Below, piece after piece: positions 41,069 through 51,051 of a stretch of 64,000 nt of DNA. The notes under the pieces are model-generated. The model saw only the letters and a program-made list of their open reading frames with translations. It ran no database searches and had not been told where the DNA came from. A program made the translations under genes and the position numbers. Numbering within the stretch: the first letter of the stretch is position 1; the number at the start of each line of letters is the position of its first letter. This DNA comes from a candidate division TA06 bacterium (GTDB taxonomy: Bacteria > Edwardsbacteria > AC1 > EtOH8), in assembly GCA_016208585.1 (NCBI GenBank), contig JACQXR010000039.1, forward strand, positions 7,163-71,162. The letters are read 5' to 3'.

Positions 41069-41139
41069 TCTTCGGGTTAGTAACAGCAATGCTTTCGACC
41101 GGTATTTAAAAATGTATCGAATTACGACATGGAGCAAAA

Positions 41140-41889
41140 ATGAATAATAAGGAAACTTTTTATCCCGAATCCCGTTTTGGCGGATTTACAGATATTGATG
41201 GTACAGTGGCGTTTTACAATAGGGTTAATTCACTGCTTGCTCCCGCACAGGTGGTCCTTGATATTGGATGCGGCAGAGGGTCTTTTAAAGAAGACCAGGT
41301 AACACTTAGAAAAAACCTCAGAATTTTGAAAGGGAAAGTAGCAAGGGTTATTGGAATTGATGTCGATCAAAATGCTAAGGAAAATCCATTTATAGATGAA
41401 TTTCGTCTTATGCAGGATTATCCTTGGCCGATAGATAATGACTCTGTCGATCTGATTATTTGTGATAATGTTTTAGAACATATTGATGCTCCCGATCGTT
41501 TTTTTGGGGAAATTCACCGGGTGTTAAGTAATGGCGGCTTTTTGTGCCTGCGGACCCCCAATCGGTGGAGTTACTTTGCGATAGCTGCCACTATTATTCC
41601 CAACAAGTATCATGCAAAAGTTACGGCTATTGCTCAGAAGGGCAGGAAAGATGAAGATGTGTTTCCCGCGTTTTATAAATGTAACAGTATCAATAAACTA
41701 AAGCGCATCTTCAAAAAAAGTGGTTTTAATTATATCGTCTATGGCTACGAAGCTGAGCCAAGCTATCTTTCATTTTCGAAACTGGCATATTTTTTTGGTG
41801 TTTTGCATCAAAGGTTTGCTCCGGGATTTCTTAAACCGGCAATATTCGCATTTGGAAGAATAAGCAAAGAGTCCAACCTCTATAAATAA
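41140..41889 (+). CDS. Class I SAM-dependent methyltransferase.
   Basis: VLDIGCGRGSF is motif I. DLIICDNVLEH matches the Methyltransf_11 pattern. Confidence 0.7.
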   Translation: MNNKETFYPESRFGGFTDIDGTVAFYNRVNSLLAPAQVVLDIGCGRGSFKEDQVTLRKNLRILKGKVARVIGIDVDQNAKENPFIDEFRLMQDYPWPIDNDSVDLIICDNVLEHIDAPDRFFGEIHRVLSNGGFLCLRTPNRWSYFAIAATIIPNKYHAKVTAIAQKGRKDEDVFPAFYKCNSINKLKRIFKKSGFNYIVYGYEAEPSYLSFSKLAYFFGVLHQRFAPGFLKPAIFAFGRISKESNLYK

Positions 41890-42042
41890 GCTTCTAAGCA
41901 AATTAAATGACGGCAAGGAAAAGTTGAGGGATATTGAAAATATCAATCAGCGAGAGTCTTGAACAAATTCTTTAGACAGAATATTTAACCGCAACGAATT
42001 GCTAATACTAAGTTAAAAGTTTTATATTAAGAGAGAACAACA

Positions 42043-42668
42043 ATGATGAAAAACGGAGGTAGCATTATTACTGACTATGGATGGAAGGATGATGCTCCTA
42101 CCCAGGCGCATAGCTACCTTTGGCCGGCTATTTGCCGACAGTTGCCTGCTAAACCGGCTAACGTTTTCGATATAGGTTGTGGCAACGGCTATATTTCTTC
42201 TTTGATAGCGGATAAAGGGCATAATGTAACGGGCATAGATTGTTCGTCTGACGGTATTGAAATTGCTAAGGCACGATATCTCAACGCTAAGTTTGAAGTC
42301 GGGTCTGCTTATGATAATCTTGATGATATAGCACTAAATATAGATTTGATAATATCGGTTGAGGTTATTGAACATCTTTATAATCCCAAAATATTTATCG
42401 ACAATATCTTTAAAAATCTTCATCTTGGGGAAAAGTAGTGCTAACCACGCCCTATCATGGATATTGGAAAAACCTGGCGATTGCGTTATTCAACCAGTGG
42501 GATTTTCATCATACGGTTAACTGGCAGGGCGGTCACATTAAATTCTTTTCCCCGCGGACATTAAGAAGCCTTTTAGAAGAGGCGGGGTTTAAAAATATCG
42601 AATTCAAATATGCCGGTCGCTTTCCATTATTATGGAAATCGATGATTGCCATTGCACGAAAACCATAG
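42043..42668 (+). pseudogene. Class I SAM methyltransferase split by a frameshift at about 42438.
   Basis: ORF 42043-42438 carries motif I (VFDIGCGNGY) and ISVEVIEHL. ORF 42438-42668, in another frame, carries the C-terminal MTase part (TPYHGY...GGHIKFFSPRTLRSLLEEAGF). Confidence 0.6.
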
Positions 42669-42672
42669 AAAA

Positions 42673-43566
42673 ATGACAAATCAAACCGTTAATAATGATC
42701 CAGCCCCGGTCTCTATTCTAGTCATAACCAGAAATGAAGAGAGGAATATTAGTTCTTGCCTGGAAAGCCTTGGCTGGGCTACGGAACTGGTCGTTCTTGA
42801 TTCCTTCAGCACCGATGCCACGGTCAGTTTAGCTGAAAAGTACGGGGCCAGGGTTTTTCAGCGGCAATTCGATAATTTTGCCTCCCATAAAAACTGGGCC
42901 ATTGATCATATCGACTTTAAAAACCGGTGGCTGCTGATAGTAGATGCCGATGAGAGAGTAAGCCTCAAGCTGGCCCGGGAGATAGAGTCGTTGCTGGCGG
43001 CGCCGTCCGAACACAACGGCTATTATATCGCCCGCCAGAATATATTTGCCGGCAAATGGATTCGGTTTGGCGGCTGGTATCCCGACTGGCAGCTGCGGCT
43101 GATAAAAATCGGCAAGGCCCGATATGAGAACCGGATAGTTCATGAACATATGATGCTGGAAGGGTCTGCTGGTTTTTTGAAAAATCCGCTAGTACACTAT
43201 GATTACAAGGGTATCGAAAGATATTTTAATCGCCATAATACTTACTCCAGTATGGAAGCAGTGGAAATTTACCGATCCCTTAATGGGTTGAACAATAAGG
43301 GTATCATTCCGGAGGGGTTTTTATCAAAGGGTCCAGCCCGACGAAGATTCCTGAAAAATTTTGCCTATCGGCACCTTTTTGCTCGCCCATTATTCAAGTT
43401 CATTTGGATGTATTTCCTGAAGTTTGGATTTTTAGACGGCAGGATAGGGTTTCGTTTTTCAATGCTGCATGCCTTTTATGATTATCAGATCAGCCTGAAG
43501 CTAAACGAGTTGAAAGACAAAAATTCGCCGCTATATGAAAAATATAAGGAATATATTGAAAAATGA
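42673..43566 (+). CDS. Glycosyltransferase family 2.
   Basis: VSILVITRNEE...LDSFSTD and a DAD motif are present. Confidence 0.8.
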   Translation: MTNQTVNNDPAPVSILVITRNEERNISSCLESLGWATELVVLDSFSTDATVSLAEKYGARVFQRQFDNFASHKNWAIDHIDFKNRWLLIVDADERVSLKLAREIESLLAAPSEHNGYYIARQNIFAGKWIRFGGWYPDWQLRLIKIGKARYENRIVHEHMMLEGSAGFLKNPLVHYDYKGIERYFNRHNTYSSMEAVEIYRSLNGLNNKGIIPEGFLSKGPARRRFLKNFAYRHLFARPLFKFIWMYFLKFGFLDGRIGFRFSMLHAFYDYQISLKLNELKDKNSPLYEKYKEYIEK

Positions 43567-44510
43567 CTTCACCGGAAGGCATATGTTTGATCTGCGGGAG
43601 CAAAATTGAAACAACAGTTAAGAATGTGTTTGATACCAGATTTGGGATAAAGGGATTTTACGATGTCGGCAAATGCCTTTCCTGCGGCCTGGAACAACTG
43701 TTTCCCCGTCCGGACGGTAACGAACTGAAGAAGCTTTATGAGGATCACTATAATTTTCAGGGGGGCGATAGCGCGAAATACCGGGCCAGACGGCAGAAGT
43801 TCTTGTCTTCTTTTCTCTACAGGTTTTGGATGTTTATTGACGGCGATATCGCTTTTTACCGGACAAAGGGCCGGGGCCGGCTTTTGGATGTCGGCTGCAA
43901 TGAGGGCCGGGGGATGATTCGGTACCAAAGAAACGGCTATACGGTTGAAGGGCTGGAGATCAACCGGGTGGCGGCCCAGGCCGCCCGGTCTCTGGGTTTT
44001 ATGGTGCATGCCGATCCGCTGGAAAGCTTTCAGCCTTCGGAAGCATACGATGTAGCGGTGCTGGCCAATGTTTTGGAGCACTCATTGGCTCCGGCTGATA
44101 TGCTTGAAAGCATCGGAGATCTGCTAATGCCCGGCGGCCAGGTTTGGATAAGCTGTCCCAACGGTCAAAGCTGGTATAAAAAAATTTTCGGCCGATACTG
44201 GATAAACTGGCATCCGCCGTTCCACCTTGTCCATTTTTCCCGGACGACCCTGGTCAAAATGTTGAACAGGGAAGGCTTTGCCGTAGAAACAGTAAAAAAC
44301 GAGACCCCGGCGCTGTGGGTCGCCCAATCGCTGATAGCTGCCGGATTTGCCCGGCTGGGCATTGTCACGCGGCAGCTGCGTACAGCCTGGCTGGTGGGCG
44401 GCGCCATGCTCCTGATCCGCCTGCTGTTTTTTCCGCTGCTCTGGTTGGGGAACCTGCTGGGGAGAGGTGACTGCCTGGTGATAAAGGCTTATAGGGGTAA
44501 GGGCGATTGA
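43563..44510 (+). CDS. Class I SAM-dependent methyltransferase with an N-terminal zinc ribbon.
   Basis: CLICGS...CLSCG is the zinc ribbon. LLDVGCNEGRG is motif I. Confidence 0.7.
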   Translation: MTSPEGICLICGSKIETTVKNVFDTRFGIKGFYDVGKCLSCGLEQLFPRPDGNELKKLYEDHYNFQGGDSAKYRARRQKFLSSFLYRFWMFIDGDIAFYRTKGRGRLLDVGCNEGRGMIRYQRNGYTVEGLEINRVAAQAARSLGFMVHADPLESFQPSEAYDVAVLANVLEHSLAPADMLESIGDLLMPGGQVWISCPNGQSWYKKIFGRYWINWHPPFHLVHFSRTTLVKMLNREGFAVETVKNETPALWVAQSLIAAGFARLGIVTRQLRTAWLVGGAMLLIRLLFFPLLWLGNLLGRGDCLVIKAYRGKGD

Positions 44511-45763
44511 AGATTCTGATATACGGACTAAATTTCTGGCCGGAATTGACCGGCATAGGAAAATACACCAGCGAAATGGCGGAATGGCTGGCCGGCCGGG
44601 GCCATAAAGTTGAGGTCATTACCACGCCGCCCTATTATCCTATGTGGAAGGTGCCACAGGGATACACCAGCCTCTTTTACAACAAAGAGCAGTGGGGTAA
44701 GGTGTCCATCTGCCGCTGTCCCCTATGGGTGCCGGACCGGCCCAACGGATTCAAGCGGGTGATGCACCTGTTGTCCTTCGTGCTGAGCAGTCTGCCGGTT
44801 CTCGTATATATGGCGATCGCCGGCCGGCCCGATGTCATCTGGACCGTGGAACCGGCCTTCCTGGGGGTTCCGGGAACCTGGCTGGCGGCCAGGCTGTCGG
44901 GGGCCCGCTGCTGGCTTCATGTCCAGGATTTTGAGATCGATGCCGCCTTTGGACTGGGGTTGTTAAGGGGGCGGATCCTTTATAAAATCATGTCGGTCAT
45001 GGAACGGTGGCTGATGGCCCGCTTTGATAGAATTTCCAGCATTTCCCAGGCGATGGTGGGAAAGCTGAAAGAACGGGGAATAGGGGAGGGAAAATCGGCC
45101 CCGTTCTCCAATTGGGTTGACACTGCCCTGATCCGCCCGCTGCCCCGGGAAAAATCGCTCAGAACGGAATGGGGCATTCCGGACGATAAGACCGTGGTGC
45201 TGTATTCCGGCAATATGGGGAAAAAGCAGGGCTTGGACCTTGTGTTGCAACCTGCCGGAGAATTCAGGAACAGCCATCCCGGGGTCATCTTTTTATTGGT
45301 CGGCGAGGGAGCGGCCCGCCGGGAAATCGCCGCTGAGGCTGAAAGGATGGGTCTGGATAACATCCTGTTCAAGCCTCTCCAGCCTGCCGCAGCCATGCCG
45401 GCTCTGCTGGCCAGCGGGGACATCCATCTGGTTCTGCAGAAGAGGGGAGTGGCGGACCTGGCGATGCCCTCAAAATTGACAGGCATACTGGCCGCCGGGG
45501 GGGCGGCCATTTTGACGGCCGATCCAGGAACGGAAATGTATCGGGCCGTCAGCGAAAATAATCTGGGCTACATTATCGAGCCGGAGTCCGCTCCGGCCCT
45601 GGCCCAAGCCTTGGCTGAGTTGATCAATAACCGGGAGATGAGGGACAAATTCAGGAAAAACGCCAGGGATTATGCCGAGCAATACCTGGACAAGAATAAA
45701 ATCCTTGCCGCGATGGAGGACGAATTAAAAGCAATGCCAAAGGCCCGCGATCACGACCGCTAA
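44507..45763 (+). CDS. WcaI/WbuB-type GT4 glycosyltransferase.
   Basis: MKILIYGLNFWPELTGIGKYTSEMAEWLAGRGHKVEVITTPPYYPMW is the hallmark N-terminus of the WcaI family. Confidence 0.8.
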   Translation: MKILIYGLNFWPELTGIGKYTSEMAEWLAGRGHKVEVITTPPYYPMWKVPQGYTSLFYNKEQWGKVSICRCPLWVPDRPNGFKRVMHLLSFVLSSLPVLVYMAIAGRPDVIWTVEPAFLGVPGTWLAARLSGARCWLHVQDFEIDAAFGLGLLRGRILYKIMSVMERWLMARFDRISSISQAMVGKLKERGIGEGKSAPFSNWVDTALIRPLPREKSLRTEWGIPDDKTVVLYSGNMGKKQGLDLVLQPAGEFRNSHPGVIFLLVGEGAARREIAAEAERMGLDNILFKPLQPAAAMPALLASGDIHLVLQKRGVADLAMPSKLTGILAAGGAAILTADPGTEMYRAVSENNLGYIIEPESAPALAQALAELINNREMRDKFRKNARDYAEQYLDKNKILAAMEDELKAMPKARDHDR

Positions 45764-45782
45764 GCAACCAGAATCATTTTAC

Positions 45783-47270
45783 ATGAATAATCCAATAAAA
45801 GTTTACCTGCTGTTGCTATCAGCATCTGTTGCTATGAACGGGGATCCCTGCCAGGCGGCCGATTTCACAATAACCGACCGGGGTTTGGAAAGGCTTTCGG
45901 AAGAACTGGAACTGAGGGGTTTGGCGCCGGCAGCTTCGCTTGGCGGACCCCTGCTTTTCAGCCGCTTTCGGCAGTGCCCTGATTCGGTCAAAAGCCTGGG
46001 CCAGTTCAAAGAGCTAAGCCGGGGAGTCCCCTACAATCATGACCAGAACCTAGGCCTCTTCTCTACGATTGAGAGCAGTCTGGAACAAAGCCGGACCGGG
46101 CATTCAACCATCGGCCATTTCCGGGGCGGCCTGCTGATGGGCTCGGGGCCCTGGTCAATGGCGGGAACCTATGACGGCGTTTCCGGAGATGATGCCCAAG
46201 ATAATTATTACGGCTACCGCTGGCGGGGGGTCCGGGCCAGGACCGACCAGGTTTACCTGAGGTGGTCAGGCGACAGGGCTTTCTGCCAGCTGGGCAAGGA
46301 CTACCTGCGGTACGGTTTGGGGATGGGATTGGCGGGCAACTCCCCCGTTGAGAATATTCAGGCAGGAATTCGGGTCGGCCGGCACATAAAGCTGCATGGC
46401 TTTACCGGCAAACTGGACGGATGGCTCAGGGACAGCGTTTTCGTCAACCGCTTCCTGGCCGGCCATCGGGTCCAACTGGATATCGGATTCCTCCAGCTGG
46501 GGCTTTCGGAGTTTGCCATATACGGCGGCCCCGGCAGGACCTACGAGCCTTATTACCTGCTGCCGCTGTACATATTTCTGGGCGAGCAGGACAACCGCCA
46601 GATCGACGACAATATCATCTGGGACCTGGACTGCAAAGTATTGCTGCCGCCATTTGCCTTCAAGGCCGAGCTGATGGTGGACGATTTTCAGATAGAACGT
46701 AAAAGCAGGGGGGATGAGGAACCCACCGAGGCCGGATTTGGAATCCAGGCCGACTGGGCCATCCTGTCATCTCCGCTGTATCTCAGCGCAACGGCATCCT
46801 ATCGGATGGTCACCAACTGGACATTCAATCAGAATAAGGACTGGAACCGTTTCATTTTTGAGGGCCAGCCCATAGGTCCCCGGGAGGGAAACGATTTTGA
46901 TCTGGCCAGCTTCAAGCTTAACGCCCTCGGCAACCGCTGGGATGCCTGGGCCGAGATCTATTACCGGCGGAGGGGCCAGGGCCGGATAGACGATCCCTGG
47001 ACCAGCCCCTGGACGACAGATTCCACCTGGAGCCAAACTTTTCCCAGCGGCTTGGTGGAGAAAATCACGGGGTTTCAGGCCGGGATAAATTACCTGCTGC
47101 CGGGTTCATGGTTTTTCGGCTCCCGGAGACAGGCCGGCGTTTTCGGGCAATGGAGTTATCGGCAGGCGGTAAATCAGTCTAACCTGCCCGGGATTGACGG
47201 CAAAGACTGGGTTATTAAATTGGGCTTGGGAATTTCACTGTCCCGCAGCTTAGAAACACTTGCCCAATAG
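45783..47270 (+). CDS. Secreted or outer-membrane protein, tentatively Wzi-like capsule-assembly protein.
   Basis: Signal peptide, and a Trp/Tyr/Gly-rich beta-rich composition typical of OM barrels. Locus context supports the call. Wzi identity is not verifiable by eye. Confidence 0.3.
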   Translation: MNNPIKVYLLLLSASVAMNGDPCQAADFTITDRGLERLSEELELRGLAPAASLGGPLLFSRFRQCPDSVKSLGQFKELSRGVPYNHDQNLGLFSTIESSLEQSRTGHSTIGHFRGGLLMGSGPWSMAGTYDGVSGDDAQDNYYGYRWRGVRARTDQVYLRWSGDRAFCQLGKDYLRYGLGMGLAGNSPVENIQAGIRVGRHIKLHGFTGKLDGWLRDSVFVNRFLAGHRVQLDIGFLQLGLSEFAIYGGPGRTYEPYYLLPLYIFLGEQDNRQIDDNIIWDLDCKVLLPPFAFKAELMVDDFQIERKSRGDEEPTEAGFGIQADWAILSSPLYLSATASYRMVTNWTFNQNKDWNRFIFEGQPIGPREGNDFDLASFKLNALGNRWDAWAEIYYRRRGQGRIDDPWTSPWTTDSTWSQTFPSGLVEKITGFQAGINYLLPGSWFFGSRRQAGVFGQWSYRQAVNQSNLPGIDGKDWVIKLGLGISLSRSLETLAQ

Positions 47271-47294
47271 CGTTCAATCGTTTTTTTTTATACT

Positions 47295-48422
47295 ATGGTA
47301 ACGGACATCAATAAAGCCAGGATAGCACTGGTTCACGATTATCTCAACCAGTATGGTGGGGCGGAGAGGGTGCTGGAGGCTATTCACGGGCTTTTCCCCC
47401 AGGCTCCGGTATATACTTTGCTTTATGACCAGGCGAAACTTCCCGATCATTTTAAGCTTTGGGAGATCAGAGCGTCCTTCCTGAACCGGATGCCTGGACG
47501 CCGGCGGCATTACCAGAAAATGCTGCCGCTTTTCCCTTTAGCCATTGAAAGCTTTGACCTGAGAGATTACGACATCGTGATCTCCAGTTCTAATGCCTGG
47601 GCCAAGGGGGCCGTTACTTCCGGCCGGACTTTTCATCTATGTTACATCCATACCCCCATGCGATTCGTGCGGGACTGGTATCACCACATTCCTTTTGAAC
47701 ACAATGCCCTGACCAATGTCTTTCTTCTGCCATTGTTAAACCGGATCCGGGGGTGGGACACCGCCAGCGCTGCCCGTCCGGATTGCTATATTTCAAATTC
47801 CAATGAAGTCCAGGACCGGGTGTCCAAATACTACCGGCGCCCCTCGCAGGTCATTTACCCGCCGGTAAACACCGACTTCTTCCGGCCGGCCGATGCCCCG
47901 CCTGGCGGAGATTATTTTCTGACTGTCTCCAGGTTAAAGCCATACAAGAGGCTGGATCTGGCGGTAAAGGCTTTCAACGAGATGGACCTGAAGCTTACCA
48001 TCGTGGGCGAGGGGAGCGAGCTTAATAAGCTTAAAAAGATGGCCGGCCCCAAGATCAAATTGGCCGGCAGAGTGTCCGACATGCAGTTGCTCAACTATTA
48101 CCAGAACTGCCGGGCCCTGGTATTTCCCGGCCTGGAGGATTTTGGCATTGCCCCGGTAGAGGCCCAGTCCTGCGGCCGTCCGGTGATTGCCTACGGGAAG
48201 GGCGGGTGCCGGGAAACGGTTATTGACAAAGGGACCGGAATACTGTTTTCCCGCCAGACAGAGGCCGGCCTAATGGAAGCGGTCAGATCCTTCAAGCCGG
48301 AGGACTTTGACCGGCAGGCCATCAGGCGGCATGCCCTTTCCTTTGACCGGAAGATTTTCGTAGGCAAATTTACCGAGATGTTAGCCAACCAATATTCCAA
48401 CTTTATCAAAAAAACGGCCTGA
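47295..48422 (+). CDS. Glycosyltransferase family 4.
   Basis: IALVHDYLNQYGGAERV and VFPGLEDFGIAPVEAQSCGRPVIAYGKGG are present. Confidence 0.8.
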   Translation: MVTDINKARIALVHDYLNQYGGAERVLEAIHGLFPQAPVYTLLYDQAKLPDHFKLWEIRASFLNRMPGRRRHYQKMLPLFPLAIESFDLRDYDIVISSSNAWAKGAVTSGRTFHLCYIHTPMRFVRDWYHHIPFEHNALTNVFLLPLLNRIRGWDTASAARPDCYISNSNEVQDRVSKYYRRPSQVIYPPVNTDFFRPADAPPGGDYFLTVSRLKPYKRLDLAVKAFNEMDLKLTIVGEGSELNKLKKMAGPKIKLAGRVSDMQLLNYYQNCRALVFPGLEDFGIAPVEAQSCGRPVIAYGKGGCRETVIDKGTGILFSRQTEAGLMEAVRSFKPEDFDRQAIRRHALSFDRKIFVGKFTEMLANQYSNFIKKTA

Positions 48423-48424
48423 AC

Positions 48425-49834
48425 ATGAAAAAGAACTGGTCCGGCCTGTATTCCTGGTTGTCGGTGGCCAGCGACATGATATTAGGATTAGTAGCCGGGC
48501 AGCTGTTGTGGCGGCTATGGTTTGTGGAATGGGGCAATTGGCTGGGACCGCAACCCCTGGAGATGGAGCAGAAAATTTTGGTGGTTTTTTCCCTTCTGCT
48601 CTCGATACTATTGCATGGCGGTTACCGCAATACCTATAAACTGAACCGCCTGGAGCAGATCCTGAACATCTATAAATCATCGCTGGTCAGCCTGTTCTCT
48701 ATAATTCTAATTGTATTTATAATCAAGGGTTACCGATATTCCCGGGGCTACATCGTGCTCTACTATACCGTGGCTCCTTTCTTTCTGTCGCTGGGCAGGG
48801 TAGCTTTGTTTTCGCTTAATCTGGCCCTGATGAAGCGCGGTTGGGGGATAAAGAAGGCCGTCATCGCGGGCAGTAGTAAACCCGCCAAAGCAATACTTGA
48901 CCACCTTTTGGAAAACCGGGCCTACGGTTATCAAATAGTGGGTTTTTTGGTGGGCCATCCCCAAGACCTTTCCTTCGGCTACCGCGGAGTCAAAGCTATC
49001 GGCCTGCACAGCCAATGCAATTTGGCCGTCAGGGACCGGAAGGTTGAAAAGATTTTCATCCCGGGACTTACCGGGCGGCTGGCGGATTATAGCGACATGC
49101 TGGAGCTGTGCCGGCATCTGAAAATAGAGGTCAGCATCATTTCCCATCGTTTTGACCTGCTTGCCCGGGCAGCCGGAATATACGATGTGGCCGGGGTGGC
49201 AATACTCTCCCAACCCGGGCCCTTCTACGCCAGAATGTACCCGGTTATCAAGCGGATCTTGGATATTGGCCTGTCCAGCCTGGCCCTGCTGTTGTTCAGC
49301 CCGCTGATGCTGTTTATTTCCCTTATGATAAAATTGAACTCCCCCGGCCCGGTTTTCTTCCGACAGCAGCGGTTCGGCAAGGATAGCCGACTCTACCAGC
49401 TGATGAAATTTCGCACCATGCGCCAGGGGACCGATAAGATCAAAAAAGATCTCCAGCACCAGAACGAAGCCGACGGACCGATATTCAAGATGAAAGACGA
49501 CCCCCGGATCACCCGGGTGGGCCGCTGGCTGAGGCGGCTGAGCTTGGATGAACTGCCGCAATTGATAAATGTTTTCCGGGGCGAGATGAGCCTGGTGGGC
49601 CCGCGTCCGCCGCTTCCTTCCGAGGTCGAGCATTACCAGAAATGGCATAAATACCGGCTGAACGGCCCCCAGGGCATGACCGGACTTTGGCAGGTTTCGG
49701 GGCGAAGCGAATTATCTTTCGAGGAAATGGTCCTGCTGGATATCTACTATCTGGAGCACTGGTCCCCTATGATGGACATAGAGATACTCATCAAAACCAT
49801 CCCGGCGGTGATAACCGCTAAAGGCGCATACTAA
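48425..49834 (+). CDS. Initiating polyprenyl-phosphate glycosyl-1-phosphate transferase (WbaP/exopolysaccharide sugar transferase family).
   Basis: The bacterial sugar transferase C-terminal domain is present: DIGLSSLALLLFSPLMLFISLMIKLNSPGPVFFRQQRFGK...KFRTM...DELPQLINV..GEMSLVGPRP. Confidence 0.85.
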   Translation: MKKNWSGLYSWLSVASDMILGLVAGQLLWRLWFVEWGNWLGPQPLEMEQKILVVFSLLLSILLHGGYRNTYKLNRLEQILNIYKSSLVSLFSIILIVFIIKGYRYSRGYIVLYYTVAPFFLSLGRVALFSLNLALMKRGWGIKKAVIAGSSKPAKAILDHLLENRAYGYQIVGFLVGHPQDLSFGYRGVKAIGLHSQCNLAVRDRKVEKIFIPGLTGRLADYSDMLELCRHLKIEVSIISHRFDLLARAAGIYDVAGVAILSQPGPFYARMYPVIKRILDIGLSSLALLLFSPLMLFISLMIKLNSPGPVFFRQQRFGKDSRLYQLMKFRTMRQGTDKIKKDLQHQNEADGPIFKMKDDPRITRVGRWLRRLSLDELPQLINVFRGEMSLVGPRPPLPSEVEHYQKWHKYRLNGPQGMTGLWQVSGRSELSFEEMVLLDIYYLEHWSPMMDIEILIKTIPAVITAKGAY

Positions 49835-49926
49835 ACAAATCGCAGTCAACCGATAACAAAATCAAGATATCAAAAAACATAGTCCGGCTGGGCTGGGTCA
49901 GCCTGCTGACCGACGTATCCTCGGAG

Positions 49927-51051
49927 ATGTTGTACCCGATCGTGCCGATATTCATCACTTCCGTGCTGGGCGCACCTCTGGCGGCATTGGGGCTGATAGA
50001 AGGCCTGGCCGAAAGCATCTCCAATATCCTGAAGATATTTTCCGGCTGGTGGTCCGATCGGGCCGGGAAGAGAAGGCCGTTCGTGATCGGGGGATACTCG
50101 CTGTCGACCTTTTCCAAACCGCTGCTGGCTTTTGCCCAATACCTGGGCTGGCCGTTCGTCCTGGCCATGCGCATCCTGGACCGCGCCGGAAAGGGCTTAA
50201 GAACCTCGGCCCGCGACGCCCTGATCGCCGATTATACCCCGGAATCGCAAAGGGGCAAAGCCTTCGGATTGCACCGGGCCATGGATTCCCTGGGGGCGGT
50301 GTTGGGGCCATTGGCCGCCCTGTTCTTTATGAGCAAAATGAACGCCTCCAATCCCGTCGCCCAGGCCCTGTCATACCGCCAGGTTTTTTTATGGGCCTTC
50401 GTCCCCGCAGCGCTGGGAGTGATCGTATTGTTTCTGGTCAAAGAAAAGCCTTTCACTGCCCGTTATAAAAAGCCCCAGTTCGGCTGGAAAATGTTCGGCC
50501 GGGAGTTCAAGATATTCATTTTCATCAACCTGATCTTTGCCATCGGAAATTCGTCCGATGTTTTTCTGATCATCAGGGCCAAGGATCTTTTTACCGGCGT
50601 GTCAAATCCGATAGTGACGGTCATTCTGGCTTACGTGCTTTATAACCTGACATATTCCATGGGTTCCTACCCCGCCGGGGTGCTGGCCGACCGGATCGGC
50701 TCGAGAAAAGTGTATGCCTTGGGACTGTTATTGTTCGGCCTGGTATATCTGGGTTTCTCCTTTAACCATAACCCGGCCCTGGTCTGGGTTTTATTCGCAG
50801 TCTACGGGTTCTACACGGCCTTCACCGACGGAGTGGGAAAGGCCTACGCCTCCAAACTGGCGCCGGAAGACTTGCGGGCCACCGGTATGGGCGTATATCA
50901 CATGTCCACCGGGTTGGCCACCTTTGCCGCCAGCACAGTGGCCGGCTTGCTATGGCAGGCGTGGGGTTTTAAGGCCGCATTTCTTTATGGGGCGGGAGCC
51001 GCCCTGCTGGCGGTGGCCATGTTTGTTTTCTTAGTCAAAGGGAAAAAATAA
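49927..51051 (+). CDS. MFS transporter. The N-terminus probably extends upstream through a non-ATG start.
   Basis: 12 TM segments. In-frame upstream codons read KNIVRLGWVSLLTDVSSEM, typical of an MFS N-terminus, but no ATG is present before 49927. Confidence 0.65.
   Translation: MLYPIVPIFITSVLGAPLAALGLIEGLAESISNILKIFSGWWSDRAGKRRPFVIGGYSLSTFSKPLLAFAQYLGWPFVLAMRILDRAGKGLRTSARDALIADYTPESQRGKAFGLHRAMDSLGAVLGPLAALFFMSKMNASNPVAQALSYRQVFLWAFVPAALGVIVLFLVKEKPFTARYKKPQFGWKMFGREFKIFIFINLIFAIGNSSDVFLIIRAKDLFTGVSNPIVTVILAYVLYNLTYSMGSYPAGVLADRIGSRKVYALGLLLFGLVYLGFSFNHNPALVWVLFAVYGFYTAFTDGVGKAYASKLAPEDLRATGMGVYHMSTGLATFAASTVAGLLWQAWGFKAAFLYGAGAALLAVAMFVFLVKGKK

Noticed and set aside
45783-47270. A firm Wzi capsule-assembly annotation.
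   Set aside because: Only the signal peptide, the beta-rich aromatic composition and the locus context support it. No Wzi-specific motif could be verified by eye, so it is kept as low-confidence.
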